A DNA stretch of 63,363 nt, filler included, from Craspedostauros australis (lineage: Eukaryota): NCBI GenBank assembly GCA_030167865.1. It is 12 parts of 12 records of this genome, joined end to end, with 100 filler letters (N's around TTAATTAATTAA, not from the genome) between each part and the next. Parts side by side here need not be neighbours in the genome. Positions count along the whole stretch, not along the records: positions 1 to 24,544 come from JALAGF010003473.1; 11 more parts are not named here. One strand, given 5' to 3'. Below are positions 1-12,141 of the stretch, in pieces. Both the position numbers and the translations under genes were made by a program. Position 1 is the stretch's first letter. The number at the start of each line of letters is the position of its first letter. The notes under the pieces were generated by a model, which saw only the letters and a list, made by a program, of their open reading frames with translations, was not told the DNA's origin and did not search any database.

Positions 1-92
1 ACAACCACACAATACAACAACAGCATCACCAACAGCATCACTCACATCAAACCAAGGAAAGGAGAAGAGCAATAGATAAAGAGACAACAACG

Positions 93-2769
93 ATGAAGAC
101 AGACAGCACAGTCCAGTTCCCGTGGAAGCTCCACAAGATGCTGATGAACGCAGAGGAAGAGAACTACACATCGGTGGTCTCGTGGTTGCCAGAGGGCAAC
201 GCCTTTCAGGTCTTCGACAAGACCAGCTTTGTGGAGCAAGTCAGTGAGTTCACACGCGCACACACACACACAGACAGATAGATAGCTAGATAGATAGAGT
301 CCATGTATGGAAGTATGGAAGCATGGAAGCATGGGGATATGAGTTCGTTCGTTTGTTCGTCTGTCCATGCCGTCATCTGCCCGCCTTCATCACCTTACCT
401 TTCCGTTATGAAGATTCATGCACAAAGCCATCACCAACAGAGCCAAAAGAATGATTTGGAGAATCGCGTCTCCTTCGCTCTCGTCTTCATGCTAGCTCTA
501 ACCCCTTCTCTTCCTGTCACCTTCCATTACTCACTCTACTCCTCATAACATCGCTTGGCACAATGTCACAACGCCACAATGGCACAATGGCACAGTGCCC
601 AAGTTCTTCAACCAAACCAAGATCAAGAGCTTCCAGAGACAGCTCAACCTCTGGGGCTTCTCCACCATCCGCAAGGGAAGGGGCAAGGGCTCCATCTTCC
701 ATCCCTACTTCATCAGGGGACGCGTGGATCTCTGCAACCAGATGAAGCGCATCAAGATCAAGGGCCCCGCCTCGCCAGCGTCAGGCAGCCCCACGCTTTC
801 GTCCACCCCTGCCATGGCTGCCTTCTCCATGGATTCATCCCACCCCAGCATCGCTGCTGACGGCCGCCATCACCTGCGCTTGGCAGGCATAACCGGCGAA
901 CAGGCCATGTCGGCTGCTGTTGCTGCTGCGGCTGCCAGCATGGCCGCCACTGGCAAGCGATCCGCCATCGGCAGGCGCAGCAGCGGCAGCAGCAAGAGGT
1001 CGAGGACCAGCGTGTGCTCGACTGGCAACATCAGCAGCAGCGGCAACGGAGACGGTACCAACCTCGCCAACAACCAGGGGACTTCTCACTCTGCATCCAC
1101 CCTCATGAGCATCATGAACAACATGGGAGGTGTCGACATCAACGCCATTCGCAACATGCGGGCGATGGACGGCATGGCCGCCATCTCCATGGCTGCTGCT
1201 CTCTCGGCATCGGCACCAGCCGCGACTGCGCCAGCACCCCCAACAACAACTGCTGCTGCGTTGAGCTCTTCCAGCGCCAAGCCAATGGGCGTCGATGTGC
1301 CAGCCGCCTCCAACGGCCTGTCTGGACAAGCGCTGCAGTCTTTGTCGTCCCTGCAGGCCATCCTGTCAGCCGCGGCATCGCCGCCAGCTCCATCGCCTGC
1401 ACCCGCTCCTGCTACGTCGTCAAGCGGTGCCAACCCATCAACGCATGCGTCACGGGTTGCCCCAGTATCACCAAGTGTGGCCTCCGCATCTGTGAACGGA
1501 ACCCCGACGGAAGCAGCGAGACAAGCGCAAGCCCAGGCTCAAGCTCAGTTGCAAGCAGCAGCTCCGTCGACTGCCTCGGCGCTGTTGGCGCTCCTCGCTA
1601 GCGGCGGCGGTGGTAATGGGGGTACCACGACCGCTGCAACTGCCGCTCCAGCGGCGCAAGTCAAGGCTCCTCCAGCCGCAGCCCTGTCGACGGACAACGT
1701 GCAATCAGTGCTGGCTGCTCTCACCTCGCTGAGAGGACAAGCGCCGAGGGCCAGCGATGCCACAGCCGCCTCTGCTGCAATGGCCGAGACTGCTGCGCCC
1801 TCCGCCCGCAAGTCATCACCGCACGCAGTCGGCTCATCGGCATCCGTTGCGTCCGCCAACAAGCAACAACAATCACAGCAACCTCGGGCGGACCAGCATG
1901 CGTCGTCGGCAGAGACGGCATCCGTGTCCAATTCTGTGTCAGCTGCCACACAGCAATCGGCCAACGCCCTCCTCGGGAGTGCCATTCCGAATGCCGCCGC
2001 AGGCGGTGGAACAGCGGCCATCTTGGCTGCTCTGAACGGTGGCAGTTCTGTTAGCGCTGCCGATGCCCTGCTCCTTGGACAGCACGGTGCGTTGGGGCAG
2101 TCATTGCTTGGGTCCGCACAGCCAAACATCGCCGCGCTCCTGGCTGCGGGGGCGCTGCAGGCCAAACCCCAACCACTGCAGCTGCAACGCCTCCAGCAGC
2201 TACAGCAGTTGCAGCACAACCAGGAACTTGAGCAGCTCAAGCATCTCCAACAGCTTCAGCAACAACAGCAACAGCAACAGCAGCAGCAGCAACAACAACA
2301 GGCGCAACAAGAGAAAAGCCAGGATGGTCAACAATTCAACGCGCTCCAAGAACTCCAGCGTCTGAAGCAGATACAACAGCTGCAGCAACTCGAACAGGCG
2401 CAGCAGAACAGCCAGCAGATGCCTACCATCCAAGAACTGCATCAGTTGCAACAGCTGGCCCAGATGCAGCGACTCCAACAGTTGCAGCAACAGCAGCAGC
2501 AACAACAGCCATCTGCACAGCTCCGCGCTTTGTTGGGATCGCTGGAGAGCCAGAATCAGCCCGCCACTGCTCCTGCCAGTGCAGCCGGCGCTGGTCCGGA
2601 TCTCACATCCGCCCTCTCCTCACTGTCGTCGCTGGACACGGCCACCTTCCTTCGACTCCAGCAGCAGCAACAACAGCAGCAGAAAGTTGGAGTGCCACAG
2701 CCAGGATCGAACCTGCAGCAAGCGCTGTTGGAACAAGCAACGCTGCAGCGCTTGTTGATGGAGAGATGA
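93..2769 (+). CDS. Heat-shock transcription factor (HSF-type DNA-binding domain plus long Ala/Ser/Gln-rich tail); exons 93-243 and 596-2769, about 774 aa
   Basis: Donor GTGAGT at 244 and acceptor CAG ending at 595 join the frames into FPWKLHKML...VVSWLPEGNAFQV...[27 protein letters not shown]...FHPYFIRG, a canonical HSF DBD. The C-terminal region is polyQ-rich. Confidence 0.93.
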
Positions 2770-3462
2770 GGTGAGCGTGAGCGAAAAGCCGCGTCTACCA
2801 TACCTCTGTCGGCAACCTCTCATCTGCATAAGAGCTCTACCGCGACGCTAACAACCGTATCCCCCGTTGAAGTAGACGCAGCGGCATCAGAACGGTGGAG
2901 ATTTTCAGTGAGACCAGAGCAGAGCAGAGTAAGAATGTCTTAGCATTGCATAATACCATGTCGTCACACTCGGTCCACACTTGTGCCACCAACACCAACG
3001 AAGGCTGTCTGTGGCAGAATAACGTTTTGTCGCTAATCCAAAACGAAATGTGTTTTTGTGGCGCTTCGCTTTGCTCGTGTTGCTGCATAACCGCTTGACG
3101 TTATTTACAGACACATTCAAAATATCCAAACGTGCACACGATGTCAATACGGTCGTGTTGGTCAGATATCAAAATCGTGACTGAAATCAGTCTTGGGTGC
3201 GCGCCATCACCCAGATCCTCGGCGGCAACAAACCACCAGGCGCAGGGAGGAGATCCCGAAACACGGTTGCGCCATGGTGCAGCATGGACGGAGATCGTAG
3301 GTATAATACCTGTGTGACACAATCTCCTCATAGCATACTATACAACTGGGTACTATACAAGAGAAACCAAGCACTATCCGGAGCACCTGCAGTGGCTCGC
3401 AGTCCACGGGCACCTTAAGTATACTCGCACAATAGCAAGCGCCGTTTCCACGCTGTTGAGCG

Positions 3463-6400
3463 ATGCTGCGCGTGACGCCTGTGTACGGCAGCCGATGGCA
3501 AGAGAAGGGGGCCGCCAGCGTGGGAAACTGCACGCTGATCGAGTACGGTGATGTGCGCGTGCTGGTCAACGTGGGAGGTCTTCCCAGGCCAGCGTCCGAT
3601 GCCTCCGCCGCGCCTGGCTTTCCGTCGCATTACGATCTGCCGCCGCACGACTGCGTGGTGCTGACGGACTCCACGATGGAGAGCCTGGGGCATCTGCCGA
3701 CGTACCTGAAGACGGTGACGCAGCAGCGGCAGAGGGAGCGGCGCGAGAAGCAGAGGCTGCAGCAGCAGGAGGCGCAGAGAGGCGGCAACCGCAGGGATGG
3801 TGCGGAGGCGGCGCCGGTCGTGATTCCTCCCATCTTCGCCACGTTCCCCACCGTCAAGATGGGGCAGATGACGCTCTACGACTACCATGCCAACCTCTGT
3901 CTAGACGGAGCATCGCCGCCCTTCACGCTGGATGACATCGATCAGGCCTTCGCGGCCCTCACGACCATCAAGTACTCGCAGGCGATGGCCCTCCCATTCT
4001 CCGTCAAGACCGGCAGGAACACCAACGCCAACATCGGATCGAGGCAGGCCATGGGGCACTCCTCCGTCAAGCCAAGGCTCCATGTCACAGCCCACCGCGC
4101 AGGACACGTCGTTGGCGGAGCCTTCTACCTGCTGCAGCGCCTGCAGGACGACACCACGGTGGTGGTCACCTCGACCTACCACATCGCCAAGGAGATGCAC
4201 CTGGACTCCAGCACCCTGCTGCAGCACGGATCAACGCCCGATGTTCTCATCACGCGACCGGGCGGCCCCAGGCTGCCGCTCGTCGCTCCCCTCATCCACA
4301 GCAAGGCCATGAAGATCCCTCTCGTGTCGCAGTCGGAACGTCAGCTCGTGGAGCAGATACTCAGCGTCCTGCGCCGCGAAGGCAACGTGCTCATGCCGGT
4401 GGATGCGTCCGGTCGCGTGCTGGAGATCCTCCTGCTGCTGGATCAAACGTGGGAGAAGCAACGCCTCCAGAACACCTACAACCTCGTCTGGCTGGGACCC
4501 ATGGTGTCCAACACCTTGGACTTCTGCCGTTCGCAGCTCGAGTGGATGGCGCCGGCCCTCGGTCATCAGTTCGATCAGCACAGCCGCAGCGGCAGCAGCC
4601 ACCCCTTCGCCTTGAAGAACATCTCGCTGTGCACTTCCATCGATCAGCTCAACGCGCTCACCGCCAACAGCCAGAATGCGAACGGTGCTTCCAACCCCAT
4701 GTGCGTTCTGGCCTCGGGGCTTGGCCTGGATCACGGACCGTCCAGGGATCTGCTGCTGCAATGGGCCGACAACGACAACCACGCCATCATCTTCACAGAT
4801 TCCTCCTTCTGCACGAGCCGCGACAATGATCTGCATGCCGCCTGGACGCAAAAGCAGCGGGCTTCCGTCACCAATGTCGATGCCGATGTCGATGTCACCA
4901 TCGAGGATGCGCCGACGACCACCACCACCAACAACAACAACATCACAGATGACAGCAACGTGGAACTCACCAAGGTGGAGGCGACAACGCCGGCAGCTGC
5001 CGAGGCCGATCTGCAACGCACGCAGCAAACCAATCGACTGTCTACGGCGTGGCAGCTGCTGTCGCATTGGTGCGCCGCCAAGCTGGAACGCAGGGAGCTC
5101 GAAGATCGCATTCAGGTCGATGTCCTCGTGCCATCCCGTTCTCCCTTGGTGGGGGCAGCGCTGCAAGCATTCCTCGAGAGCGAGGATGTTGCCAAGCGCA
5201 AACGCAAGGCGGAGGAGGAGAAGCAGGCGCTGTTGCGAGAGGTGGAGCTGGCCAAGGGACGTCTGCGTCTCGGAGAGGACAGTCGCGATGGCGCCGGCAT
5301 CAAGGCGAATGGATCATCGTCCGCCCTGTCGTTGGCATCGTCCGGCAAATCTGGCGGTGGCAACATGAAGAACAAATTCAAGAGGAGGAAGAGCAGATTC
5401 GACTCCTCCCTCTTCCTCAAGTTCTCCAAACCGTTGCATCTCACATTCGAAGTGCGCGAGGAGGCCGTCGGTATCGGCCAATCCGACGAGACTTCCAAAT
5501 TCGGCATCGGCGGTTCCATCGGGGCTGGCGCAGACGCGGTCTTGGAAGATGATTACGGTATCACGGTGCAGGCGGAGCATTTCGTGGACATCGTCACGGG
5601 GGTGGATCCCAGCAAGTACTCCGGTGGCAGCGGCAGGATCACGGACGGGCGCAACGGATTCGGCTACGCTGCGGATGGCACGTCGGGTGGACTCAGCAGC
5701 GCGGCACGCAATGCGTCGTCGTCGTCGTCGTCGGTGGCAAAGAAGAGAAAGAAGAGAGGTGGCAACGACGCGAACGATGGAGATGGCGCGGATGATGGCA
5801 GCGGGGTGAACGAGCGCGGTTTGGAGGCTGCGGATCTGTCCGAGGGCAAGGGCATCATCCGAGGTCGCAACGGACGCCCGCCGGTCAAGATCACAACGTC
5901 CGCGCGCAAGCTGACGGTCTTCTGTGAGATCGCCTACATCCCATTGGAAGGCCGTGTCGACTCGCGTTCGGCGCGGCAATCTGTGCGAGCGTTGCAACCG
6001 CGAGAAGTTGTCGTTCTTGGTGGTCCCAACCAGTCGCACGGCGGAGTTACGATTGGCGACACCAAGTTTGAATTGATCGATGAGGTGACGAACCTTGCCA
6101 ACGCAGCGAGGACGTTTGCATCCGGCAGCAAGGTGGTGCACACGCCATCCGATGCCGACACGATCGAACTTCGCGTCGGGCACGCCGCGTACGGTGCCCG
6201 TTTGGTGGACACGCCGTACCGCACCGTGGAGGAAAAGCAGATGGAGGAAGAGCCGGCGCAGCCGGTGGAACTGCAGGAGGCCAAACTCGGGCCTTGCTCG
6301 GTCAGCTACCTGGACTACATCGCCACAGGACAGAGAGTCGCGCTAGATGGATCCATCGTCCTGGCACCGAACAAGAATGCAGGCCGATCCGATGGCAACG

Positions 6401-6633
6401 CGCTGTACCTCAGCGACGGAGAGATTCTGCTGACCGATCTGCGCAGCGAATTGATCGCGCAGGGGATGAAGGCGGAGTACAGCACGCATCCCGGATACTC
6501 GCAGCTGTTGGTAAACGAAGTGATCCTCGTGACGAAGGCATCAGACTCGGGTCGCATCAACGTGGAAGGGCCGCTGTGCGAGGATTTTTACGTGGTGAGG
6601 GGCATCGTGTGCAATCAGTACGTAGTGCTGTAG
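3463..6633 (+). CDS. CPSF2: Cleavage and polyadenylation specificity factor subunit 2 (CPSF100), inactive MBL/beta-CASP protein
   Basis: 1056-aa ORF with PIFATFPTVKMGQMTLYD, AGHVVGG, KEMHLD, LRREGNVLMPVDASGRVLE, SQLEWM, EGRVDSRS and C-terminal LTDLRSELIAQGMKAEY...VEGPLCEDFYVVR. It lacks the HxHxDH motif, as expected for CPSF100. Confidence 0.92.
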   Translation: MLRVTPVYGSRWQEKGAASVGNCTLIEYGDVRVLVNVGGLPRPASDASAAPGFPSHYDLPPHDCVVLTDSTMESLGHLPTYLKTVTQQRQRERREKQRLQQQEAQRGGNRRDGAEAAPVVIPPIFATFPTVKMGQMTLYDYHANLCLDGASPPFTLDDIDQAFAALTTIKYSQAMALPFSVKTGRNTNANIGSRQAMGHSSVKPRLHVTAHRAGHVVGGAFYLLQRLQDDTTVVVTSTYHIAKEMHLDSSTLLQHGSTPDVLITRPGGPRLPLVAPLIHSKAMKIPLVSQSERQLVEQILSVLRREGNVLMPVDASGRVLEILLLLDQTWEKQRLQNTYNLVWLGPMVSNTLDFCRSQLEWMAPALGHQFDQHSRSGSSHPFALKNISLCTSIDQLNALTANSQNANGASNPMCVLASGLGLDHGPSRDLLLQWADNDNHAIIFTDSSFCTSRDNDLHAAWTQKQRASVTNVDADVDVTIEDAPTTTTTNNNNITDDSNVELTKVEATTPAAAEADLQRTQQTNRLSTAWQLLSHWCAAKLERRELEDRIQVDVLVPSRSPLVGAALQAFLESEDVAKRKRKAEEEKQALLREVELAKGRLRLGEDSRDGAGIKANGSSSALSLASSGKSGGGNMKNKFKRRKSRFDSSLFLKFSKPLHLTFEVREEAVGIGQSDETSKFGIGGSIGAGADAVLEDDYGITVQAEHFVDIVTGVDPSKYSGGSGRITDGRNGFGYAADGTSGGLSSAARNASSSSSSVAKKRKKRGGNDANDGDGADDGSGVNERGLEAADLSEGKGIIRGRNGRPPVKITTSARKLTVFCEIAYIPLEGRVDSRSARQSVRALQPREVVVLGGPNQSHGGVTIGDTKFELIDEVTNLANAARTFASGSKVVHTPSDADTIELRVGHAAYGARLVDTPYRTVEEKQMEEEPAQPVELQEAKLGPCSVSYLDYIATGQRVALDGSIVLAPNKNAGRSDGNALYLSDGEILLTDLRSELIAQGMKAEYSTHPGYSQLLVNEVILVTKASDSGRINVEGPLCEDFYVVRGIVCNQYVVL

Positions 6634-7522
6634 ATACTTTCAAGAGAGAGCGAGGATACTGCGATGCGCATTCGCTGCGGTACGTACGACTATGGTGCGT
6701 CTTATCGCGCGGTCATTCCCACCAATCTGGGGAGACCCGCATGGACATGACCATAAAAGATCCATGAGGCGACTTGGTGGCGCAAGGAACTTGCAACCAG
6801 TGACGATTCGAGTGGATACCATCTGCTTTCTTCCTGTCATCCTGGCCAAATGTAGGAGTATCGTCAGCTGGAGAGTACCGATTACAGCGCTCTCTATCCG
6901 TAGAGAGAGAGAGAGAATGCATGTAAGACTTGTACCACTCTGTAGCATGTGCGCCTCTCGTTTCAATAGGGGTGCAATCGTTTCATTTTGACTGGACTGC
7001 GTCGAGAAGGGAGTACTCTCCTGTTCGGACAAGAACATTTGTGGAATACCATACTCTCTTCAGCCTTTTTGCATGGCATTGACAGGCCATGGTGCACGTA
7101 CGTGGGAAAGCGCGACACACGCAGAGTAGCGTGTTAATCGCAGAAAGATGAAACAGCGTGGCGCAATACGATGATAGTAATGCTAGTAGGTGGAGTATTT
7201 ACAGTTATGGCATGGTATTGTACTATGATATGGGATGCGGACGGTTGTTGTGCTTGTATGTGGATATACGTACATACGTGGTTGTGGTTGCCCACGGTGG
7301 TTGCTGTGTCCATGTTCCCACCCAAAACATGAGGGTAGTGGGGGTGATGCATGGTATTGCAGGTGGCGAATGGAGTATTCCACTCCATGTCTTGAAAAGC
7401 CCTGGCCGCGATCCCACGACATCGGTAGAGATCCTCAATTGCGCTTTGGGAGTTGCATTTCGGATGGAATCATGCACCACTCCCTTCAACGTGATTTTGC
7501 CTTCATTGTTAACAAGCGCAGA

Positions 7523-8713
7523 TCAGGCCGCTGCGGCGACTTTGACCACGCGGAAAGCGGCGTGCGACACGTTGTAGAGGAAGAGCGTGCAGATCTCGGT
7601 CGGTAAAAATTGTAGGGACGAAGTGAACTGTTGCGATCCCTGTTGTTGTTGCAACTGTTGAGGACAAGGGTTGGCTTGTTGGACATACCGGTCTTGTTGT
7701 TGTGGCTGCTGCTGTTGTTGTGTATTCGAGAGAGCAGGCGGCATAGGTTGGTCCATTGAGGGCTCTTCAACTCGTACGCTGCTTTGTCGTTGTCGTTGTT
7801 GTCCTGGTTGCTGCTGCTGCTGATGCTGATGATGATAGCGATGGTCTTCTGAAGACGATGTCGGCGCTGCCGTTGATGACAGCGGCATTGTTGCTGTGCT
7901 TTCCTCCATGTGTTCGTCAGCCATGTTGTCATCGCCCACGCCGGATGCGTCATTGGCGGTGGCGTGAGGAGAAGTGCCAGCATGAGCGGACGCTGGCAAC
8001 AGCTCCGAAACGTTGGCGAATCGATGCTGATACAGCAGAATCTGCAGGACGCGATTGTAGAAGTTCTGCGCGGCGGCGTAGTTGGTGAGAGATTCGCAGA
8101 CAGCCCCCATGTTGTTGCACGTGGCGAGGACGAAGACGCCGTGCTGGGCGAGACCGGCAGCCAGCGGAGATGAGTGCGACATTTCGCACGGCATGAGCTT
8201 GGAATAGAGCGTGTAGGCCATCTGGTAGAGCTTGAGGGCCCGGCCGAAGAGGAATGTTTGTCTGGAGCCTGGCGGCGTGCTCTCCTGACTGCACAGGTGG
8301 TGGGCGAGGGCGAGGTTGAAGACGACGGCAACGGGCAGCACAGCGTTGGTGGTGGCTTGGACCGATGCCTCCACATCGCGCTGGGCATGGTGTTGGACAT
8401 CGCTCGGCGCCGACACCTGAGCGATGACCTTCGTCACGGCGATCGGCCATCGGTAGATGAAGGACGTGTTGTCCGCCGTGCTCTTGAGCTCTTCGATTGC
8501 CGTGTCTGTCTGCGTTAGCCCCATCGTCATGATGTCGTCGACCGACAGCAGGGCGTTGGATGCGCACAGGTGGGAAGGCTGCGACTCTAGCGTGACGATG
8601 GCGGCCTTGCACTCCTCCAGAGCCTCGAGCAGCAGGATCACCGCCGTCCTGTAGTCTCCGGACGCAATCAGATTGCAGGCCGTGTCATTCTTTGTTGCTG
8701 TCAGTTGCAACAT
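7523..8713 (-). CDS. TPR-like helical protein of a diatom-type family (paralog A); likely start is the ATG at 8713, ORF extends to 8821
   Basis: Motifs NDTACNLIASGDYRTA, FIYRWPI, VVFNLALAHHL, ALKLYQMAY, NNMG and C-terminal AAAA-stop; strong C/G-ending codon bias. Confidence 0.8.
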   Translation of the reverse strand: MLQLTATKNDTACNLIASGDYRTAVILLLEALEECKAAIVTLESQPSHLCASNALLSVDDIMTMGLTQTDTAIEELKSTADNTSFIYRWPIAVTKVIAQVSAPSDVQHHAQRDVEASVQATTNAVLPVAVVFNLALAHHLCSQESTPPGSRQTFLFGRALKLYQMAYTLYSKLMPCEMSHSSPLAAGLAQHGVFVLATCNNMGAVCESLTNYAAAQNFYNRVLQILLYQHRFANVSELLPASAHAGTSPHATANDASGVGDDNMADEHMEESTATMPLSSTAAPTSSSEDHRYHHQHQQQQQPGQQRQRQSSVRVEEPSMDQPMPPALSNTQQQQQPQQQDRYVQQANPCPQQLQQQQGSQQFTSSLQFLPTEICTLFLYNVSHAAFRVVKVAAAA

Positions 8714-11700
8714 CTTTGGAATCGGACTGCTCAGCACTCGTGCGGCAATGGTGCAGCAGAGCTGGTGTTGCTCAGTTCGCTGTCTTCGGAGGCTTGGCTG
8801 AGCAGAAAGAGTCCAGCTCAAGACTCTTCAACTCAACTCAACTCAACTGAAGTCAGCCTCTATCGAGCACGAAGGTCTTCGATGAGGAGAGCACCCGTAA
8901 GAATGCGACAATGTCGTCCTTATCCGTAGCTCGTGCCACTCTTGTTGTGGTCCACACGTTGGCTTGTCTCGGTCGACAAAGGAGCTGAAGCCTGGTCCTG
9001 AGTTCTGCCTATGTCGTCGTCGTCGTCGTCGTTGTTGCTGTTGCCACTGTTGCTGTTGGGGTTGTCGCCTTTGTGGCTTGTGCTGGTCGGGACCACTGGG
9101 AGCAGTGCAGGGTATGTCGTCTCTCTTCGTTGTGAAGTTGTTGCAATGACAATGCCGTCTGTTTGTGGTATTGTTCGATTTGGCAAAGAGCGCAACGCTG
9201 CCGCATGAGTACGATCTAGCTCGTCCTCTGCCGATAAGTACCTGCGATGATGGTGCGGTACACGTAGGAGCACGTAGGCTGCAGGAGGTACAAGGCGCCA
9301 GTGGAAGTACCTGAGAATGGGCGAGTGAAAGTGTCGTCACGATACTTGTGCTCTCGTGAGAGAATGGAGGACGGATAGATCGTACTAGTGCGAGCCGCGG
9401 AAGAGCGTAAACGCTCTTGTGTTTGAAGCCCAACGCTCACACGTTGCCAGTTTGGGACGATCTCACAAATCTCGCCAACCTCGTTTTTCTGTTGCCCTTG
9501 GTGCCTTGGTGCTTTGATGATCTGTGCGCAGATCGTGACGATGTGTCCTCGTATGTTGTGTGACAGGTAGGGATCTGTGGAGCTGAGCAGGATGTGTCGA
9601 ATGTTTCGTCTGCAATGGTATGCACGTAGAAGCAGTACGAGTGTTGGTGGAGGTGACAGGGTGAGGAGGAGAAGGAGGTGGAGTTGAATAGGTATCGTGT
9701 GTATCTCTGGTTGGGATACTGTTGTGCCACACGACCATGTAATATTACCGCCTTGCGGCCAACAGACAAGTGTCAAAGATTGAGAGGTGGCGGAGCAAGG
9801 AAAAGGCAACGCAGAGCAGTCCACGTCAACACAGAAATGGTTCCAAATCATCCCCGCCGTCACGAAATCTGCGAGTACCGTGAAGTACACGTGCCTTCGG
9901 ACTACAACGATGGCGAAAGTATGGACAAATCACGACATATCGAGGAGGTACGCATTTCCCGCTACGCTGCATCTTTGTGCAACATCACCAGTTTGTCGTG
10001 ATACAACAGACGTGGGTGCACCTGTCGCGCTTTCGTGAAGGATTGCGGACCGACACGTCATTCCTCGTGAAATATGGTTGAAACGAACATTCACACTCGC
10101 CCTTTTTGTCTGCTGTTAGAATATGCATTGAACACACTTATGATATCTGTCCCTGGTCAACAATATCCCATGTGAAGGTTAAACGCTGTTTTCGTCCGGA
10201 AAGTGGAAATGGGAACCTTTTGCGTGATCTTTTGCTGGTGAGGCGTCGCAACGGGGAACGAAGGAGACCACGTCAGCACACAATGACGGTGCGGCTTTTC
10301 TCCTTCTCTTGGATTGTGGTTGTACGTACCACCGCAAAGAAGAGAGCAGATTTTCTTGTTTTGCAAGGCGCGAGCGGGATCCTCGTGCAGAAACGCGCCC
10401 CTCCTTTGCCAATCGTTGCTGATCTGAAGGCTTGTGTGGCCGAGGTCTGTTCCATTCGTATGCGACGGCCCCGCGCCGCACGTGAATCGCATCGGTACTG
10501 CATCACATCGTGCACCTGCGAATCGGAAAGTCCATCCCGTCCCTGGTCCTCCTCCCTTCCCTTGGATAGATCGTCCTCTCCGAGTCCATCCCTGAGGACG
10601 GGGTATGAAACAGTGCCTGGTGTGTATTTCTGTGGAGACTTTCGCTTTTCTTTGATACTGTATCCACCACGTCATCAGTCGCAACCTTCAATCCAATGCC
10701 GGATCCAAAACAGAAAGAGGAAGATGAGGCACACACGAGCTCGACCAGACCAGGGTGCTCTCGAACACAGTAGATTAGAGCAGAGTACTCTCGAGCAGAG
10801 TCATCTTTCACACTCCGTCGCAGAGTATTTTAAGCACATGGCGTGTTCTTTCTTCTTCTTCTTCGTGCTGTTTCCAGTCGACGGCTCTTTGGGAGAGGTG
10901 ACGCTCCTGTATCTCGTATCGTCGGCGCTAACAACTGGGAGACCGTGGGATTGCCAGGATACGGCATCTGTCGCCCGGTGTTGGAGATAGTGCACCGTAC
11001 AGTTCCATCCGAGCAGATTTCCCATGGTAATTCATACTTACGCTTCTGATTTTGTGGAGACAGCGGCAATGCAGATAGTAATGTCCATAGCTCGTATAGT
11101 ACGATTGAGTATTTGGCGTTATGCGAGAACCAGGGCGAATTGGAGGTGGTGCGCGTGTCGGCGAACGCGCATGGAGCTGTTAAGGTAACTTCGCTCACTC
11201 CGCCATGCGAGCAAGAGCGGCCGATGGCGCCGAGATGAGTTGACGAAGGGAGGAGAACTTCGCTGGATTTACAACAGGTTGTTATTCGTAACTTGCGACA
11301 AGGACAGCAAACTCTTTCGTCCAACAGTTCCCCGTCGCACTTATTGGTCACCCAGTTTCGTAAACTCGTGCGTTGGATTGTTCCTCAGTCGTCGGAGGTG
11401 TCCCAATTCCGGCTTCATCTCCATCCTCGTCCTCGCAAGAACCAGCCAGGGGTGTGGTACGACAACCAAAGCGCAGAGGGTGATTGTTTCCACTCGACTC
11501 GACCATTCGACGGTGCGACTTGCCAGTTCACTGATCAAAACCTCCAATTGTTCCCTTCCCGCATGTCAAAGCGATAAGAGACGTTTCGTCGACCTTGTGA
11601 GGATTCGGCCGCTCATCTTTTCGTGGATGTGGTCGGCGCAAGGTCACCTGTCCCCTCTGAGTTTGATATGGTACGACGATGCAGACGCACAGTAGTTGTG

Positions 11701-12141
11701 CTTACTATTCTCCAAGCCAGGCAGCCATTCCTGCTATAATTATGCATTTTCTGCCAGTTGCACGATCAGCACACTGCATGCAATGCTGCTTGTGATCTGT
11801 TTGACTACCGACACAGCAGAGAGTGTGGTATCATGCTCTCTCTGTCCGCAGAGCCAATGCCGGACGAATGAATGAATGAATGACCATGGCGAGAGTACAG
11901 TACCACAAGGGGAGGTATTCCACCAGAGCAGAACTAACAAGTCGTGAATGTAGTCGGTGATGAAGTCAGAAACAAGGTATTATACTTCGTTGTTCTACTC
12001 CCTGGATGAGTGGTATTCTCTATTGACTGTGGAACTCAACCAAAACTAGAGTGACAAGATTGACACGGAGCACGGAACGGCACAGTCAGCGTGCTATGAA
12101 TGTACCTGCAGTGTTGTGGGTAAACTGGCAGCGGAGCGTCC

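Noticed and set aside
3400..6800. Long antisense and alternate-frame ORFs over CPSF2 and other genes
   Set aside because: These are shadow ORFs expected from GC3-rich coding sequence.
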